The notes under the pieces were generated by a model that worked only from the letters and a program-made list of their open reading frames with translations, was not told the DNA's origin and made no database searches. The translations under genes were made by a program, and so were the position numbers. From Thermoanaerobaculia bacterium (GTDB taxonomy: Bacteria > Acidobacteriota > Thermoanaerobaculia > Multivoradales > JAHEKO01), in assembly GCA_947259925.1 (NCBI GenBank), contig CAMYOG010000047.1, forward strand, positions 21,704 through 85,703: DNA of 64,000 nucleotides, in the 5' to 3' direction. Of this stretch, positions 8,679 through 18,133 are shown one piece after another (within the stretch, counting starts at the first letter, position 1; the number at the start of each line of letters is the position of its first letter).

Positions 8679-9908
8679 TCACCCCGGCTGTCGTTGCAGC
8701 TCCTCCGCCACCCGCTCCACCTCGCGCCAAACCCGCATCACGTTGCCGCTGGCGATCTTCTCGATGTCGGCGTCCGAGTAGCGGCGCTCGAGCAGCTCGC
8801 GGAAGAGGTTGGGCAGATCGGCGGCGGACTTGAGGCCGATCGGCAGGTTGTCGCCGACGCCGTCGAAGTCGGAGCCGAGGCCGACGTGATCGATGCCGAC
8901 CAGCCCCACCACGTGATCGATATGGTCGACGACGTCGGCCACCGTCGGCCACACCCGCTCGTGGTTCTTCCAGTACTCCGCGCGCCAGGTCTCCGCTTCC
9001 TCGCCCTCGACCCCGGCCGCCATGAACTCGTTCCAGAACGCGGTGCCCTGAGCGTTGGCGGCCTCGGTCAGGAACGAGTTGCCGAAATTGATCTGCACCA
9101 CGCCGCCGCCTTCGGCGAGCCGCCGGATCATCTCGTCGCCGATGTTCCGCTCCCAGCCGGGGGTGAAGTGCCGGCACGACGAGTGCGACGCGATCGCCGG
9201 CGCCGCCGAGATCTCCATGATCCGCCAGAAGGCGTCGTCGGACAGGTGGGACACGTCGATCATGATCCCGAGCCGGTTCATCTCGGCGACCACCTGCTCG
9301 CCGAACGGGCTGATGCCGGCCCATTGCGGCTCGTCGGCGTAGGACGAGTCCGAGAGATGGTTGTTGGTGCCGTGGGTGAGGCCGATGTAGCGGATGCCGC
9401 GATCGTAGAAGTACTCGACGTTGGCGAGGTCGCCCTCGATCGGCTCGCCGTTCTCCATGCCCATCGGCAACGAGACGAGGCCCGCGGCGAACTGCGCCTC
9501 GACCTCATCGGGCGAACGGGCGATGGCGAACTTGTCGGGGTGATCGCTCTCGAGCGTCTCGATCATCTCGATCAGCTCGTCGGCGAGCTCCTTGGCGCCG
9601 CCGCTCTCCTGATACGACGAGGGGATGTAGATCGACATGAACGGTACGTTCAGACCGCCCTCCTTGGCCCGGACGTAGTCGAAGTGCCGATCCTCCGTAC
9701 GCTCGCTGATATCAGCCGGGATCTCGCGCTGGCGGTAGGGGTAGTCGACGTGGGTGTCGACGATCAACAGGTCCTGCGCGAGGCGGTCGGCCCTGGCGCC
9801 CAGATCCTCCGCCATCGCCTCGGGGGCGGCCTCTTGGTCGGTCGATTCCATCGAGCAGGCGGCCATGGCCAGGGCGATTCCCACCGTCAGAAGTGCCTTA
9901 TGGATCAT
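8679..9908 (-). CDS. Membrane dipeptidase, peptidase family M19 (lipoprotein)
   Basis: Lipobox LAMAAC. HVDYPY... and DVSHLSDDAFW... motifs typical of renal-dipeptidase-family metal-dependent dipeptidases. Confidence 0.9.
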   Translation of the reverse strand: MIHKALLTVGIALAMAACSMESTDQEAAPEAMAEDLGARADRLAQDLLIVDTHVDYPYRQREIPADISERTEDRHFDYVRAKEGGLNVPFMSIYIPSSYQESGGAKELADELIEMIETLESDHPDKFAIARSPDEVEAQFAAGLVSLPMGMENGEPIEGDLANVEYFYDRGIRYIGLTHGTNNHLSDSSYADEPQWAGISPFGEQVVAEMNRLGIMIDVSHLSDDAFWRIMEISAAPAIASHSSCRHFTPGWERNIGDEMIRRLAEGGGVVQINFGNSFLTEAANAQGTAFWNEFMAAGVEGEEAETWRAEYWKNHERVWPTVADVVDHIDHVVGLVGIDHVGLGSDFDGVGDNLPIGLKSAADLPNLFRELLERRYSDADIEKIASGNVMRVWREVERVAEELQRQPG

Positions 9909-9912
9909 CGCG

Positions 9913-10338
9913 CTAGCCGCCAGGTGCCAGCTTCTTGCGCATGGTCATCACCGTGCCGCCGTCGAACTGATACTCGACCGCATCCATGAAGCGGCGAGTC
10001 AGAAAGATGCCCCGGCCGCGGGGCTTCAGGAGGTTCTCCGGAGCGAGCGGATCGGCGACCCCGTCGGGGTCGAAGCCCGAGCCTTCATCGCGGACCTCGA
10101 CGATCAGCTCCTCGGCTTCCATCCGGATCAAGATGTCGACTCTCTTCCCCGAGCCCTCGCCGTTACCGTGCTCGATCCCGTTCGCCGCCGCCTCGCGGAT
10201 CGCCAGGGAGGTGTGCTCGAGGTGATCGTCGGGGATCTCGACATGTTTGAGCACCGCCTCGCAGACGGTGTCGACGAGGTCGAGATCCTCGAACCGGCTA
10301 CCGATCGTCAGCCGGACCTCCGCGGGTTCCTTCAACAT
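9913..10338 (-). CDS. Anti-sigma regulatory factor (Ser/Thr protein kinase), RsbW/SpoIIAB-like GHKL ATPase
   Basis: 141 aa with HATPase_c motifs (AIREAAANGIEHGN ... EVRDEGSGFDP ... GRGIFLTRRFMD). Confidence 0.8.
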   Translation of the reverse strand: MLKEPAEVRLTIGSRFEDLDLVDTVCEAVLKHVEIPDDHLEHTSLAIREAAANGIEHGNGEGSGKRVDILIRMEAEELIVEVRDEGSGFDPDGVADPLAPENLLKPRGRGIFLTRRFMDAVEYQFDGGTVMTMRKKLAPGG

Positions 10339-10391
10339 GGAGAGGCAGAGTCTAGCAGCCAGCGCGCGGGGTACTTTGCTATCGTGAGCCG

Positions 10392-10583
10392 ATGGAGCAC
10401 GACGTACCGGAGACCGAGTTTCAGGCGATCGAGCAGATGATCGCCAGCGACGACAGCCCGGTCGGTATCGACGCCAAGAAGACGCACGTCCTCATCCTGC
10501 ACTCGCTGAGGAGCATCGAGCAGCGGCTGACCAGACTGGAGGCCGCGGTACATCGGGACGAGGGCGGCGAGAGCGGCGGATGA
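10392..10583 (+). CDS. Small hypothetical protein (63 aa)
   Basis: ORF only. Acidic, with no homology recognised. Confidence 0.2.
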   Translation: MEHDVPETEFQAIEQMIASDDSPVGIDAKKTHVLILHSLRSIEQRLTRLEAAVHRDEGGESGG

Positions 10584-10623
10584 GGCGGGGCGGGGCCCCG
10601 CCTCGTAGCTCGCCAACCGCTCG

Positions 10624-11370
10624 CTACTCGCTGGGCTCGGGCCAGTAGCTGAGCTCGGGCCGCGCCTCGATCATCCAGTTGACCTGGCTCTCGGTCGCCT
10701 CGCCCAGAGCTTGCATGATCGCGGGACCCTCTTCGCCCATCGCCTCCATGAAGCTCACGTCGCCGGGAGCGAAGCCGGCCCAGTTGTCGCGCGGGATCAC
10801 CACCGCGTAGGTCGGCGTGCGCCCGCCGTCCACCAGCGCGTACCAGTCGTACGGCGGCCAATCGTGCTTCGAGAGGTTGGCGTGGATCTTGACCACCGCC
10901 TGCTCGAACGTCCCCTGATGACCCGGGCGGACGTGGAACTCGATGATGCGCATGATCTGCCCCGGACCGTCGGCCGAGTTGCTGACCTCTTCCATCTTCG
11001 CCCAGATCATCGGCTCGGCCGACTCGATGTGCGGCGTGATGTGCATCGCCGAGTCGGCGTTGTCGGCCGCGGTGAACTCGTCGTCCAGGTCGAAGTCGGC
11101 CCAGCTGTGACCGAAGCTGCCGCGCCCGTACTGCCCGATGCGCGGACCGCTGATCACCTGCCAGGTCAAGAGGGGCGCCGGGTCGTTGTGATCGGCATGG
11201 ATCTGGTTGTGGGCCTTGAGGCCGGCCTCGAAGGCCTCGGTGGCTCCATCCTCGATCGTCCAGTAGGTGATGGACGCCAGGTTGCCGTCGCTCTGGGCGG
11301 TGGCGGGGCCGGTGCCCACGACCATCAGCGCGGCGACGATGAAGAGACAGGCTCCAACGGCTCTCGACAT
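10624..11370 (-). CDS. Secreted hypothetical protein
   Basis: Signal peptide MSRAVGACLFIVAALMVVGTGPATAQS. 248 aa. Lies downstream of the oxidase operon. Confidence 0.55.
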   Translation of the reverse strand: MSRAVGACLFIVAALMVVGTGPATAQSDGNLASITYWTIEDGATEAFEAGLKAHNQIHADHNDPAPLLTWQVISGPRIGQYGRGSFGHSWADFDLDDEFTAADNADSAMHITPHIESAEPMIWAKMEEVSNSADGPGQIMRIIEFHVRPGHQGTFEQAVVKIHANLSKHDWPPYDWYALVDGGRTPTYAVVIPRDNWAGFAPGDVSFMEAMGEEGPAIMQALGEATESQVNWMIEARPELSYWPEPSE

Positions 11371-11482
11371 ACTTCCTCCTTCACGGCAAGGGCGCGCCCG
11401 CCTCGACGACGGTCGCTCCCGAACCGGGACGAGACACCCTGCCGTCTGACCAGGCGCTATCGGTTGTAAGAACCGGCCGATC

Positions 11483-12574
11483 CTATCGTAAGGAAGTTCG
11501 TGATACTAGATCGGCGGTGATCTGGTCGACGCGGGTCACGCCGCACATCGCCATCGCCGCGTCGAGCTCGGTCCGCAGGATCTCCAGCACCTGCTCGACG
11601 CCCACCCGCCCGTCGACGGCGAGGCCCCAGAGGATCGGCCGTCCGACCGCCACCGCGTCGGCGCCCAGGGCGAGCGCCTTGACGACGTCGGTACCGCGGC
11701 GCACGCCGCCGTCCACGTACACTTCGATGCCGCCATCGACCGCCTCGACGATCTCCGGCAGGGCGTCGAGCGTCGCCGGGGCGGTGTCGAGCTGTCGGCC
11801 ACCGTGGTTGGAGACGAACACGGCGCCGGCGCCGTTCTCCGCCGCCAACCGGGCGTCGTCGGGATGGATGACCCCTTTGACCACCACCGGCAGGTCGCTC
11901 AACGATCGGAGCCAGCCGAGATCCTCCCAGGTGAGCGACGGATCGAACGTGCTGCCGACGTAAGCCGCAAGCGCCGAGCCGCTCAGCTCCTCGGGCAGTC
12001 CGTCCAGGTCGCTCGCGAGGTTCCCCAGGCCGAGCTCTTCCGGCAGTTGGAACCGGTTGCGCACATCGCGCTCGCGCCGGCCGAGACCGGGCACGTCGAC
12101 GGTCACGACCAGCGCGCTGCAGCCGGCGTCCCGTGCCCGCTCGACCAGCCCCTTGGAGATGGCGCGGTCCTTGTAGACGTAGAGCTGAAACCAGACGTCG
12201 CCATTGGTCGCCGCAACGATCTCCTCGATCGGTCGGTTGGAGAGCGTCGAGGCGATCATCACTGTGCCGGTGGCGCCGGCGGCTGCGGCGGTCGCGCGCT
12301 CGCCGTCGGCGTGGGCCATGCCATGGAAAGCGGTGGGCGCGATCAGGATCGGCATCGAGACCCGACGGCCGAGCACCACCGCGGACGGATCCCGGTCGAC
12401 GACGTCGCGCAGCACACGGTAGCGGAGCTCGAGCCGGTCGTAGGCGCGCTCGTTCCAGCCGAGCGTCAGCTCGTCCCAGGCGCCGCCGGCGTAGTAGTCG
12501 TAGACCATCCGCGGCAGGCGTTCGCGGGCAACCCGGTGGTAGTCGCCGACGTTGATCAGTGTCTCGGCGGTCAC
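11483..12574 (-). CDS. FMN-dependent alpha-hydroxy acid dehydrogenase/oxidase (LldD/glycolate-oxidase family)
   Basis: Family hallmarks present: GTVMIASTLSN, FQLYVYKDR, VVKGVIHPDDA, FVSNHGGRQLD and GGVRRGTDVVKALALGA. Confidence 0.9.
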   Translation of the reverse strand: MTAETLINVGDYHRVARERLPRMVYDYYAGGAWDELTLGWNERAYDRLELRYRVLRDVVDRDPSAVVLGRRVSMPILIAPTAFHGMAHADGERATAAAAGATGTVMIASTLSNRPIEEIVAATNGDVWFQLYVYKDRAISKGLVERARDAGCSALVVTVDVPGLGRRERDVRNRFQLPEELGLGNLASDLDGLPEELSGSALAAYVGSTFDPSLTWEDLGWLRSLSDLPVVVKGVIHPDDARLAAENGAGAVFVSNHGGRQLDTAPATLDALPEIVEAVDGGIEVYVDGGVRRGTDVVKALALGADAVAVGRPILWGLAVDGRVGVEQVLEILRTELDAAMAMCGVTRVDQITADLVSRTSLR

Positions 12575-13056
12575 GATTGCGACAGCTCGCCCAACTGGCG
12601 CGCGTGGTGGGCGAAGTCGTCGATCAGCTCGCCGATCGTGCCGCTGACGGTGAGAGTCTCGTGCCCGTGGCGGACGCCGAAGTCCCTGTCCCAGTCCGCG
12701 GCATCGAGCCGGTGCAGGTAGCTGATCAGGTCGGTGGCTGCTTCGTGCAGCTCGCTCAGCAGCTTGGTCGGGTCCTTCGACGGGAAGTTGCGGACCAGCT
12801 GGGCGTTGACGTTGGAGTAGTCCTCGCCTGGATCAAGGTCGTAGGAAGGGAGCTCGCCGCGACGGATCTGTTCGCTGCCGGTCACCGCGTAGCGCGTCCA
12901 GCCGATCAGGTGCGCGACGACGTCGCGGGGCGACCAGGCGCCGAGGTGGCCGAGGAACTCACCCGGCCGCAGTGCCTCGACCTGGCTTTCGAACGACTCG
13001 ATGCCGCGCTTCAGGCGATCGATCTCGAGCTCGATCTCGCTGCGCGAGGTGGACAT
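12571..13056 (-). CDS. ClbS/DfsB (DUF1706) or DinB-like four-helix-bundle protein
   Basis: 161 aa. The WSPRDVVAHLIGWTRY motif resembles the ClbS/DfsB family. ATGA overlap with the oxidase gene. Confidence 0.5.
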   Translation of the reverse strand: MSTSRSEIELEIDRLKRGIESFESQVEALRPGEFLGHLGAWSPRDVVAHLIGWTRYAVTGSEQIRRGELPSYDLDPGEDYSNVNAQLVRNFPSKDPTKLLSELHEAATDLISYLHRLDAADWDRDFGVRHGHETLTVSGTIGELIDDFAHHARQLGELSQS

Positions 13057-13060
13057 CGGC

Positions 13061-14485
13061 TCAACCGCCGCGCGCCTGGTGGGCGTTGAGGAACGTCTGC
13101 GGCTCGCTGAACACCTTGGCGATGTTCATCCCCTTGCGAAGCGAGCTCAAGCTGACCTTGCCGGTCGCCAGGGCGGCGAGCATCCCGAGGTACGTCTGCG
13201 CCTTGCCGCGCTCGCGGTAGCGCACCTCGAGCGCCCATTTCCAGAGGTCCGAGAACTCCTGGTAGAACTCCTCGAGCGGCAGCTTGGTCGGCAGGACGGT
13301 GTGGATGATGTCGAACATCTCCCAGTCCTCGGCGACGACGTCGGCCGCGACCTCGTCCCAGAGATCGGTTCCAGGAAGCGGCGTCAGCACGGTGAAACCG
13401 CTGTTGTAGGTGCCCATCCGGGCGATCCACTCCTTGAGCTGCGTGAACTCGTCGCGATCCCAGTCGGGATCGACGATGAAATTGCAGGTGAAACCGACGC
13501 CGAGCTCCTTGAGGATCTCGATCGCGCGCACGTTGTTGGCCGCCTTGTTGCTCTTATTGACCGAAGCGAGGCCTTCGTCGTCGACCTTCTCGACCCCCAG
13601 GAAGATCGCCAGATCGCCACAGTCCTTCCACATCTCGATCAGATCGGGGAAGCGGCAGATGATGTCGGTTCGCGTCTGGACGGTGAAGTACTTCCTGATC
13701 CCCGAGGCCTTGATCTGCTTGGCGAGCTCGCGGCCGCGCTTGACGTTCATCCAGAAGATGTCGTCGGTGATGAAGACGTTCGGGGCCTCGATCTGACCGA
13801 GCTCTTCGACCACCCGCTCCGGGGACTTCTCGCGGAACGAAGACTCGTGGAATTTCCAGACCGAGCAGAAATTGCACTTGAACGGACAGCCGCGCGCGGT
13901 CTCCATCAGCGCCAGCGGCTTGCGGAAGTTGATGTAGTAGTGGGGCGCGTACTCTTTGATCAGGTGGCGTGCGGGCAGCGGTAGCTCGTCGATGTTGCGG
14001 CGTGCCGGCGCCGGTCCGGTCGGATGGAGGCCGTCGTCGGTGTTGACGAACAGGCCCGGCGCCCGCTTCAGATCGCCATGCTTCTCGAGCGCTTCGACGA
14101 GAGCGGAGACGACCTCCTCGCCGTCACCGACGGTGATCGCGTCGATCGAGGGGTCGGTGAACCACTCCGGATCGCGCGAGGCGTCGTGCCCACCGACGAC
14201 CACGAACGCCCCCGGGAAGCGCTGTCGGATCTGGCGAGTCAGCTTGATCGTCCGATTGCGCTCGGTGGTGAAGTTGCACTGGACGCCGACCATCTGCGGC
14301 TCGAACGCGTCGAGCTTGGCCATGCCGCGCTCGTTCGAGTCGAGACGCAGGTCGACGATCAGGCACTCGTGTCCGTCTTCTTCGAGCGCAGCGGCGACGC
14401 ACTCGAGCCCCAAAGGCTCGACGAAGGTCAGCATCTCCAGTCCCAGGATGCCGCCGATGGGTGGCTTGACGAACGCCGCCTTCAT
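13061..14485 (-). CDS. B12-binding-domain radical SAM protein
   Basis: N-terminal cobalamin-binding domain (ECLIVDLRLD...VVVGGHDAS) plus the radical-SAM cysteine triad CPFKCNFCS. 474 aa. Confidence 0.85.
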   Translation of the reverse strand: MKAAFVKPPIGGILGLEMLTFVEPLGLECVAAALEEDGHECLIVDLRLDSNERGMAKLDAFEPQMVGVQCNFTTERNRTIKLTRQIRQRFPGAFVVVGGHDASRDPEWFTDPSIDAITVGDGEEVVSALVEALEKHGDLKRAPGLFVNTDDGLHPTGPAPARRNIDELPLPARHLIKEYAPHYYINFRKPLALMETARGCPFKCNFCSVWKFHESSFREKSPERVVEELGQIEAPNVFITDDIFWMNVKRGRELAKQIKASGIRKYFTVQTRTDIICRFPDLIEMWKDCGDLAIFLGVEKVDDEGLASVNKSNKAANNVRAIEILKELGVGFTCNFIVDPDWDRDEFTQLKEWIARMGTYNSGFTVLTPLPGTDLWDEVAADVVAEDWEMFDIIHTVLPTKLPLEEFYQEFSDLWKWALEVRYRERGKAQTYLGMLAALATGKVSLSSLRKGMNIAKVFSEPQTFLNAHQARGG

Positions 14486-14495
14486 GACCGACCGA

Positions 14496-14825
14496 TCACA
14501 CTAGCATGCGGTCGATCAGCACCGGCTCGATCCACGTGTGGACCGCTACCGCCGAGGGGAAGCCCAGAGTGCTGGCCGCGACCGCCACCACTTGCAGGAT
14601 CTCCTCCTCGGTCGCGCCGGCGTCGAGCGCCTTGCGCGTAGCGGACGTGACCGCCCCTTGCCGCATCGCGCCTACGGCGATCGCCAGCTTCATGAGTCGC
14701 AGCGCCTTCTCATCCGCGGGTCCTTGCCGCTCGACTTCGCGGACGCGGTCCCAGGCCTCGCCCAGCTCGGGAAAGCGCGCGACGAAACGGCTGTAGGCTT
14801 TCGGGGCTTTCGACTCTTCCGACAT
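14496..14825 (-). CDS. Carboxymuconolactone decarboxylase family protein (AhpD-like)
   Basis: 109-aa AhpD-like fold (EKALRLMKLAIAVGAMRQGAVTSATRKALDAGATEEEI). First gene of the minus-strand operon. Confidence 0.75.
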   Translation of the reverse strand: MSEESKAPKAYSRFVARFPELGEAWDRVREVERQGPADEKALRLMKLAIAVGAMRQGAVTSATRKALDAGATEEEILQVVAVAASTLGFPSAVAVHTWIEPVLIDRMLV

Positions 14826-14878
14826 GGCCTGAGGATTCTATCCACGCTGGCCGCTGCGCGGCCTGATCCGGAGGGCCT

Positions 14879-15025
14879 GATCCGGTGACAGGATACTCAA
14901 CTCGGGGAATGACAGGTTGCTCATTTGCCTTTGGCCAGACCGCGGCACGGGGGCAGATGAGTAACCTGTCACCGTATCTCGCCAGGCCGCGGAATGGGGG
15001 AGATGAGTATCCTGTCACCGGATCT
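14879..15025. repeat. MITE-like nested inverted-repeat element, copy A
   Basis: Terminal inverted repeats GATCCGGTGACAGGATACTCAAC (14879-14901) and GATGAGTATCCTGTCACCGGATC (15003-15025). Two inner copies of the same 17-nt core (ATGACAGGTTGCTCATT at 14909-14925; GATGAGTAACCTGTCAC at 14957-14973) give an arrow pattern of > > < <. The right TIR encodes the last codons and the TGA stop of lysK. Confidence 0.6.
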
Positions 15026-16646
15026 TGGGGGGGGTGGCGAACCGCTCGAGCGCTTCCCGCAACTTGGTGGCTGCGGTCTCGCGCCCGAGCACGTTCACGA
15101 ATCCGCCCAGGCGCGGGCCGCGCGCCTGTCGGATCAGAGCGATGTAGAGCAGCCGAAAGAGCCGGCCCGGCTTGATCTCGAGCTCCTTGGCGAGGGCGAA
15201 GATCTCCCCCTGGACGACCTCGTCCTCGGCGTCCCCGGCTTCCAGGAACGCGGCCAGGCGCTCGATCGCCAGGCTCTCGGCCACCGTGATCGTCTCACTC
15301 TCCGGTCCGATCTCGCTCTCGCGTGCCACCGCCTGGTAGTAGTCGAGCGCGCGGTCGATCTGATCCCGCGCTTCCGGCAGGCCGAGGGCCTCCGCGGCGT
15401 ACTGATCGGTGCGCGCGAGATACTCGACGACCGCCTCGACCTCGGCACTCCCGGTACCGCCGATGATGTTGAGCAGCAGCCCGAGGTCGAGGCGCAGCGG
15501 CCGCTCGTCGGGCGGGTCGAAGAAGGTCAGGAACCGGTAGGTCGCGCGCGCGTTCTGGGTGATCTGATCGTCGGCGCCGTCCGAGTAGTAGACCTCCTCG
15601 ATCGCCGCCAGGTCGCGCGAGTACTCCGGGATGCGCCCCAGGCTGACCCGCTTCGCCTGGGTGGGGTTGTCGAAGAAGAGCAGGCTGAGGGACTCCTGGG
15701 GCGCGAAGCGTAGCCACTCGGTCGGCGCCAGCACGTCGCCCTTCGACTTCGAGATCTTGGCGCCGCTCTCGTCCAGGAAGAGCTCGTAGAACATGTGCAT
15801 CGGCGGCTCGGTCTCGAAGATCTCACGGCAGATCCGATCGCTGATCTCCGCCGATGGGATCAAGTCCTTACCGTAGAGCTCGTAGTCGATCCCGAGCGCG
15901 AACCAGCGCGCCGCCCAGTCGATCTTCCACGGAAACTTGCCGCCGCCACCGAGTAGCGACCGGGTCGCCCGCTTGCCGCACGGCTCGTTGGCGCCGACCG
16001 GCACCGAGCAGGTGTACTCGACCTCGGCGCTCTCGGCGTCGAAGCCGAGGACGCGCGTCGAGTAGATCCGTCCGCACTCCTCGCAGATGACCATGAACGG
16101 GAACCAGTCCTTCATGGTCTCGGCGGAGAGATCGGCGGCGAGGATCTCGCGCACCTGGTCCGCTCTCTTCAGGACCGCGCGGATCGCCTCGTCGAACGTA
16201 CCCTTCCGGTATTCCTCGGACGCCGATCGGAAGTCGACGTCGACGCGGGTGAGCGCCGCCATCTCGTGTAAACGGCCGTTCATGTTGCCGGAGAACGAGT
16301 CGGCGGTGCCGAACGGATCGGGAATCGCCGACAGGGGCCGCCCGAGATGCTCTTCGAGCCCATCGGGAAAGCCGCTCGGCACCCGTCGGAGACCGTCCAT
16401 GTCGTCGGAGAAGGCGATGATGGTTGGCTCGTAGCCGCGCCGCCTGATCGCCTCGGCGACGAACGCGGTGCGCACGATCTCCCCGAAGGTCCCCAGATGA
16501 GGCGGCCCGGACGGTCCGAAGCCGGTCTCGAGTCGCACCGTCTCGGCGTCCTTCAGACGCTTGGCGAGTCGCTTGGCCTCCTTGTTCGGCCAGAGCGGGT
16601 AGTTCTTCTGGGTACCGGCGCGCTTGCGGCCGGAAGGCTCCGACAT
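15015..16646 (-). CDS. lysK: Lysine--tRNA ligase, class I
   Basis: HIGH-type motif PSGPPHLGT and KMSKS-type motif AKISKSKG. 543 aa, typical of class I LysRS. Internal Met (MSEPSGRK...) chosen as start. Confidence 0.9.
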   Translation of the reverse strand: MSEPSGRKRAGTQKNYPLWPNKEAKRLAKRLKDAETVRLETGFGPSGPPHLGTFGEIVRTAFVAEAIRRRGYEPTIIAFSDDMDGLRRVPSGFPDGLEEHLGRPLSAIPDPFGTADSFSGNMNGRLHEMAALTRVDVDFRSASEEYRKGTFDEAIRAVLKRADQVREILAADLSAETMKDWFPFMVICEECGRIYSTRVLGFDAESAEVEYTCSVPVGANEPCGKRATRSLLGGGGKFPWKIDWAARWFALGIDYELYGKDLIPSAEISDRICREIFETEPPMHMFYELFLDESGAKISKSKGDVLAPTEWLRFAPQESLSLLFFDNPTQAKRVSLGRIPEYSRDLAAIEEVYYSDGADDQITQNARATYRFLTFFDPPDERPLRLDLGLLLNIIGGTGSAEVEAVVEYLARTDQYAAEALGLPEARDQIDRALDYYQAVARESEIGPESETITVAESLAIERLAAFLEAGDAEDEVVQGEIFALAKELEIKPGRLFRLLYIALIRQARGPRLGGFVNVLGRETAATKLREALERFATPPKIR

Positions 16647-16795
16647 AGCAGAGAAGTCTAGCGTCGGTTCGTCCGCTTTGCGACCGAGCATTCGGAGCTG
16701 GCGCGCACGGTCTCGGCCGAAGGCTAGGACGCCGCCGACCTACCTGGGTACGTCTTGCGTCGAGCCGGACGCGCCCGTAGCATCCGGCGGCGAAG

Positions 16796-18133
16796 ATGAA
16801 GACGATTCTGGTCCTCGGTGCGGGCCACAGCTCACCGTACCTGATCCGCTACCTGCTCGATCGGGCCGAGGAGCGCGACTGGCGGGTCGTGGTCGGCGAC
16901 CGCGACGTCGAGCAGGCCGGCGCGCGCGTGGCCAGCCATCCCCGCGGCGAGGTGCGGCAGATCGACGCCACCTCGCTGGAGGAGCTCGGGCGCGCGATCT
17001 CACCGGCGGAGGTGGTGGTCAATCTGATGCCCCCGAGCATGCAGCGCTCGATCGTGCACGAGTGCCTGCGCGCCCAGACCCACATGCTGTCGGTCTCGTA
17101 CGCGACCCCCGATCTGCTGCGGCTGACCGACGAGGCGAGCGAGCTCGGTCTCTTGATGCTCTTCGAGCTGGGCGCCGATCCGGGCATCGACCACATGGCG
17201 ACCATGTCGCTGCTCGACCGGGTGCGCTCGGAGGGCGGTCGGGTGGTCGGCTTCGAGTCCTACGGTGGCGGCCTGCCCGCGCCGGACTCGATCGACAACC
17301 CACTCGGCTATGCGGTCACCTGGAATCCCCGCGGCGTGGTGATGGCGGGTAGCGAAGGCGCGCTGTTCGTCAAGGACGGCAGGATCCGCGCGCTGACGCC
17401 GGCCAGGGTGTTCGAAGAGACGTGGCCGGTCAGGATCGAAGGCATCGGCGACCTGGTCGCCTATGCCAACCGGGACTCGCTCTCGTACCTCCAGGCGTTC
17501 GGGTTGGAGGAGGCGCGGACGGTGGTCCGGGGCACCCTGCGTCACCCCGGATGGTGCTCGACCTGGCTGCAGATCGCGCGCCTGGGAATGAACAGCGAGA
17601 GCCTGAAGATCTCGCGGATGGCTGGACGGAGCTTCGCCGATCTGGTGGAGATGTTCCTGCCGGCCGAGGTCAACGGCGAGAGCCTGGAAGAGCGGACCGC
17701 GAGCTTTCTCGAGCTGGCACCCGACGATCACGCGATCGCGAACCTGCGCTGGCTGGGGCTCTTCTCGCGCGCGCCGCTCGGATTCGAGCCACCGTCGGTG
17801 GCACACGCCCTGACCCACCTCCTGTCGAAGAAGCTGCCGCTGCCGGACGGCGGTAGGGACGTGGTGATCCTGCACCACGAGCTCGAGGTGGAGAGGCCGG
17901 GACGCGGCGAGGAGCGGATCCGCTCGACCGTGATCGAGTATGGTGACCCGCAGGGCTCGAGCGCTATGGCACGGGCGGTCGGCTTGCCGACCGGCATCGC
18001 CGCGCGCCTGCTCCTCGACGGCGAGCTGGAGCTCGCCGGCTGCCACCTGCCGACCGAGCGCGCGGTCTACCGTCCGGTGCTCGAGGAGCTGGCTCGCGAG
18101 GGCCTGGAGTTCAGGGAAGAGAGGATCAGATGA
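16796..18133 (+). CDS. Saccharopine dehydrogenase, LYS9-type (NADP+, L-glutamate-forming; EC 1.5.1.10-like)
   Basis: 445 aa. N-terminal Rossmann ILVLGAGHSSPYLI, then LGADPGIDHMATM and GGGLPAPDSIDNPLGYAVTWNPRGV, closely paralleling fungal Lys9 (GLDPGIDHLYA..., [25 protein letters not shown]). Confidence 0.85.
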   Translation: MKTILVLGAGHSSPYLIRYLLDRAEERDWRVVVGDRDVEQAGARVASHPRGEVRQIDATSLEELGRAISPAEVVVNLMPPSMQRSIVHECLRAQTHMLSVSYATPDLLRLTDEASELGLLMLFELGADPGIDHMATMSLLDRVRSEGGRVVGFESYGGGLPAPDSIDNPLGYAVTWNPRGVVMAGSEGALFVKDGRIRALTPARVFEETWPVRIEGIGDLVAYANRDSLSYLQAFGLEEARTVVRGTLRHPGWCSTWLQIARLGMNSESLKISRMAGRSFADLVEMFLPAEVNGESLEERTASFLELAPDDHAIANLRWLGLFSRAPLGFEPPSVAHALTHLLSKKLPLPDGGRDVVILHHELEVERPGRGEERIRSTVIEYGDPQGSSAMARAVGLPTGIAARLLLDGELELAGCHLPTERAVYRPVLEELAREGLEFREERIR

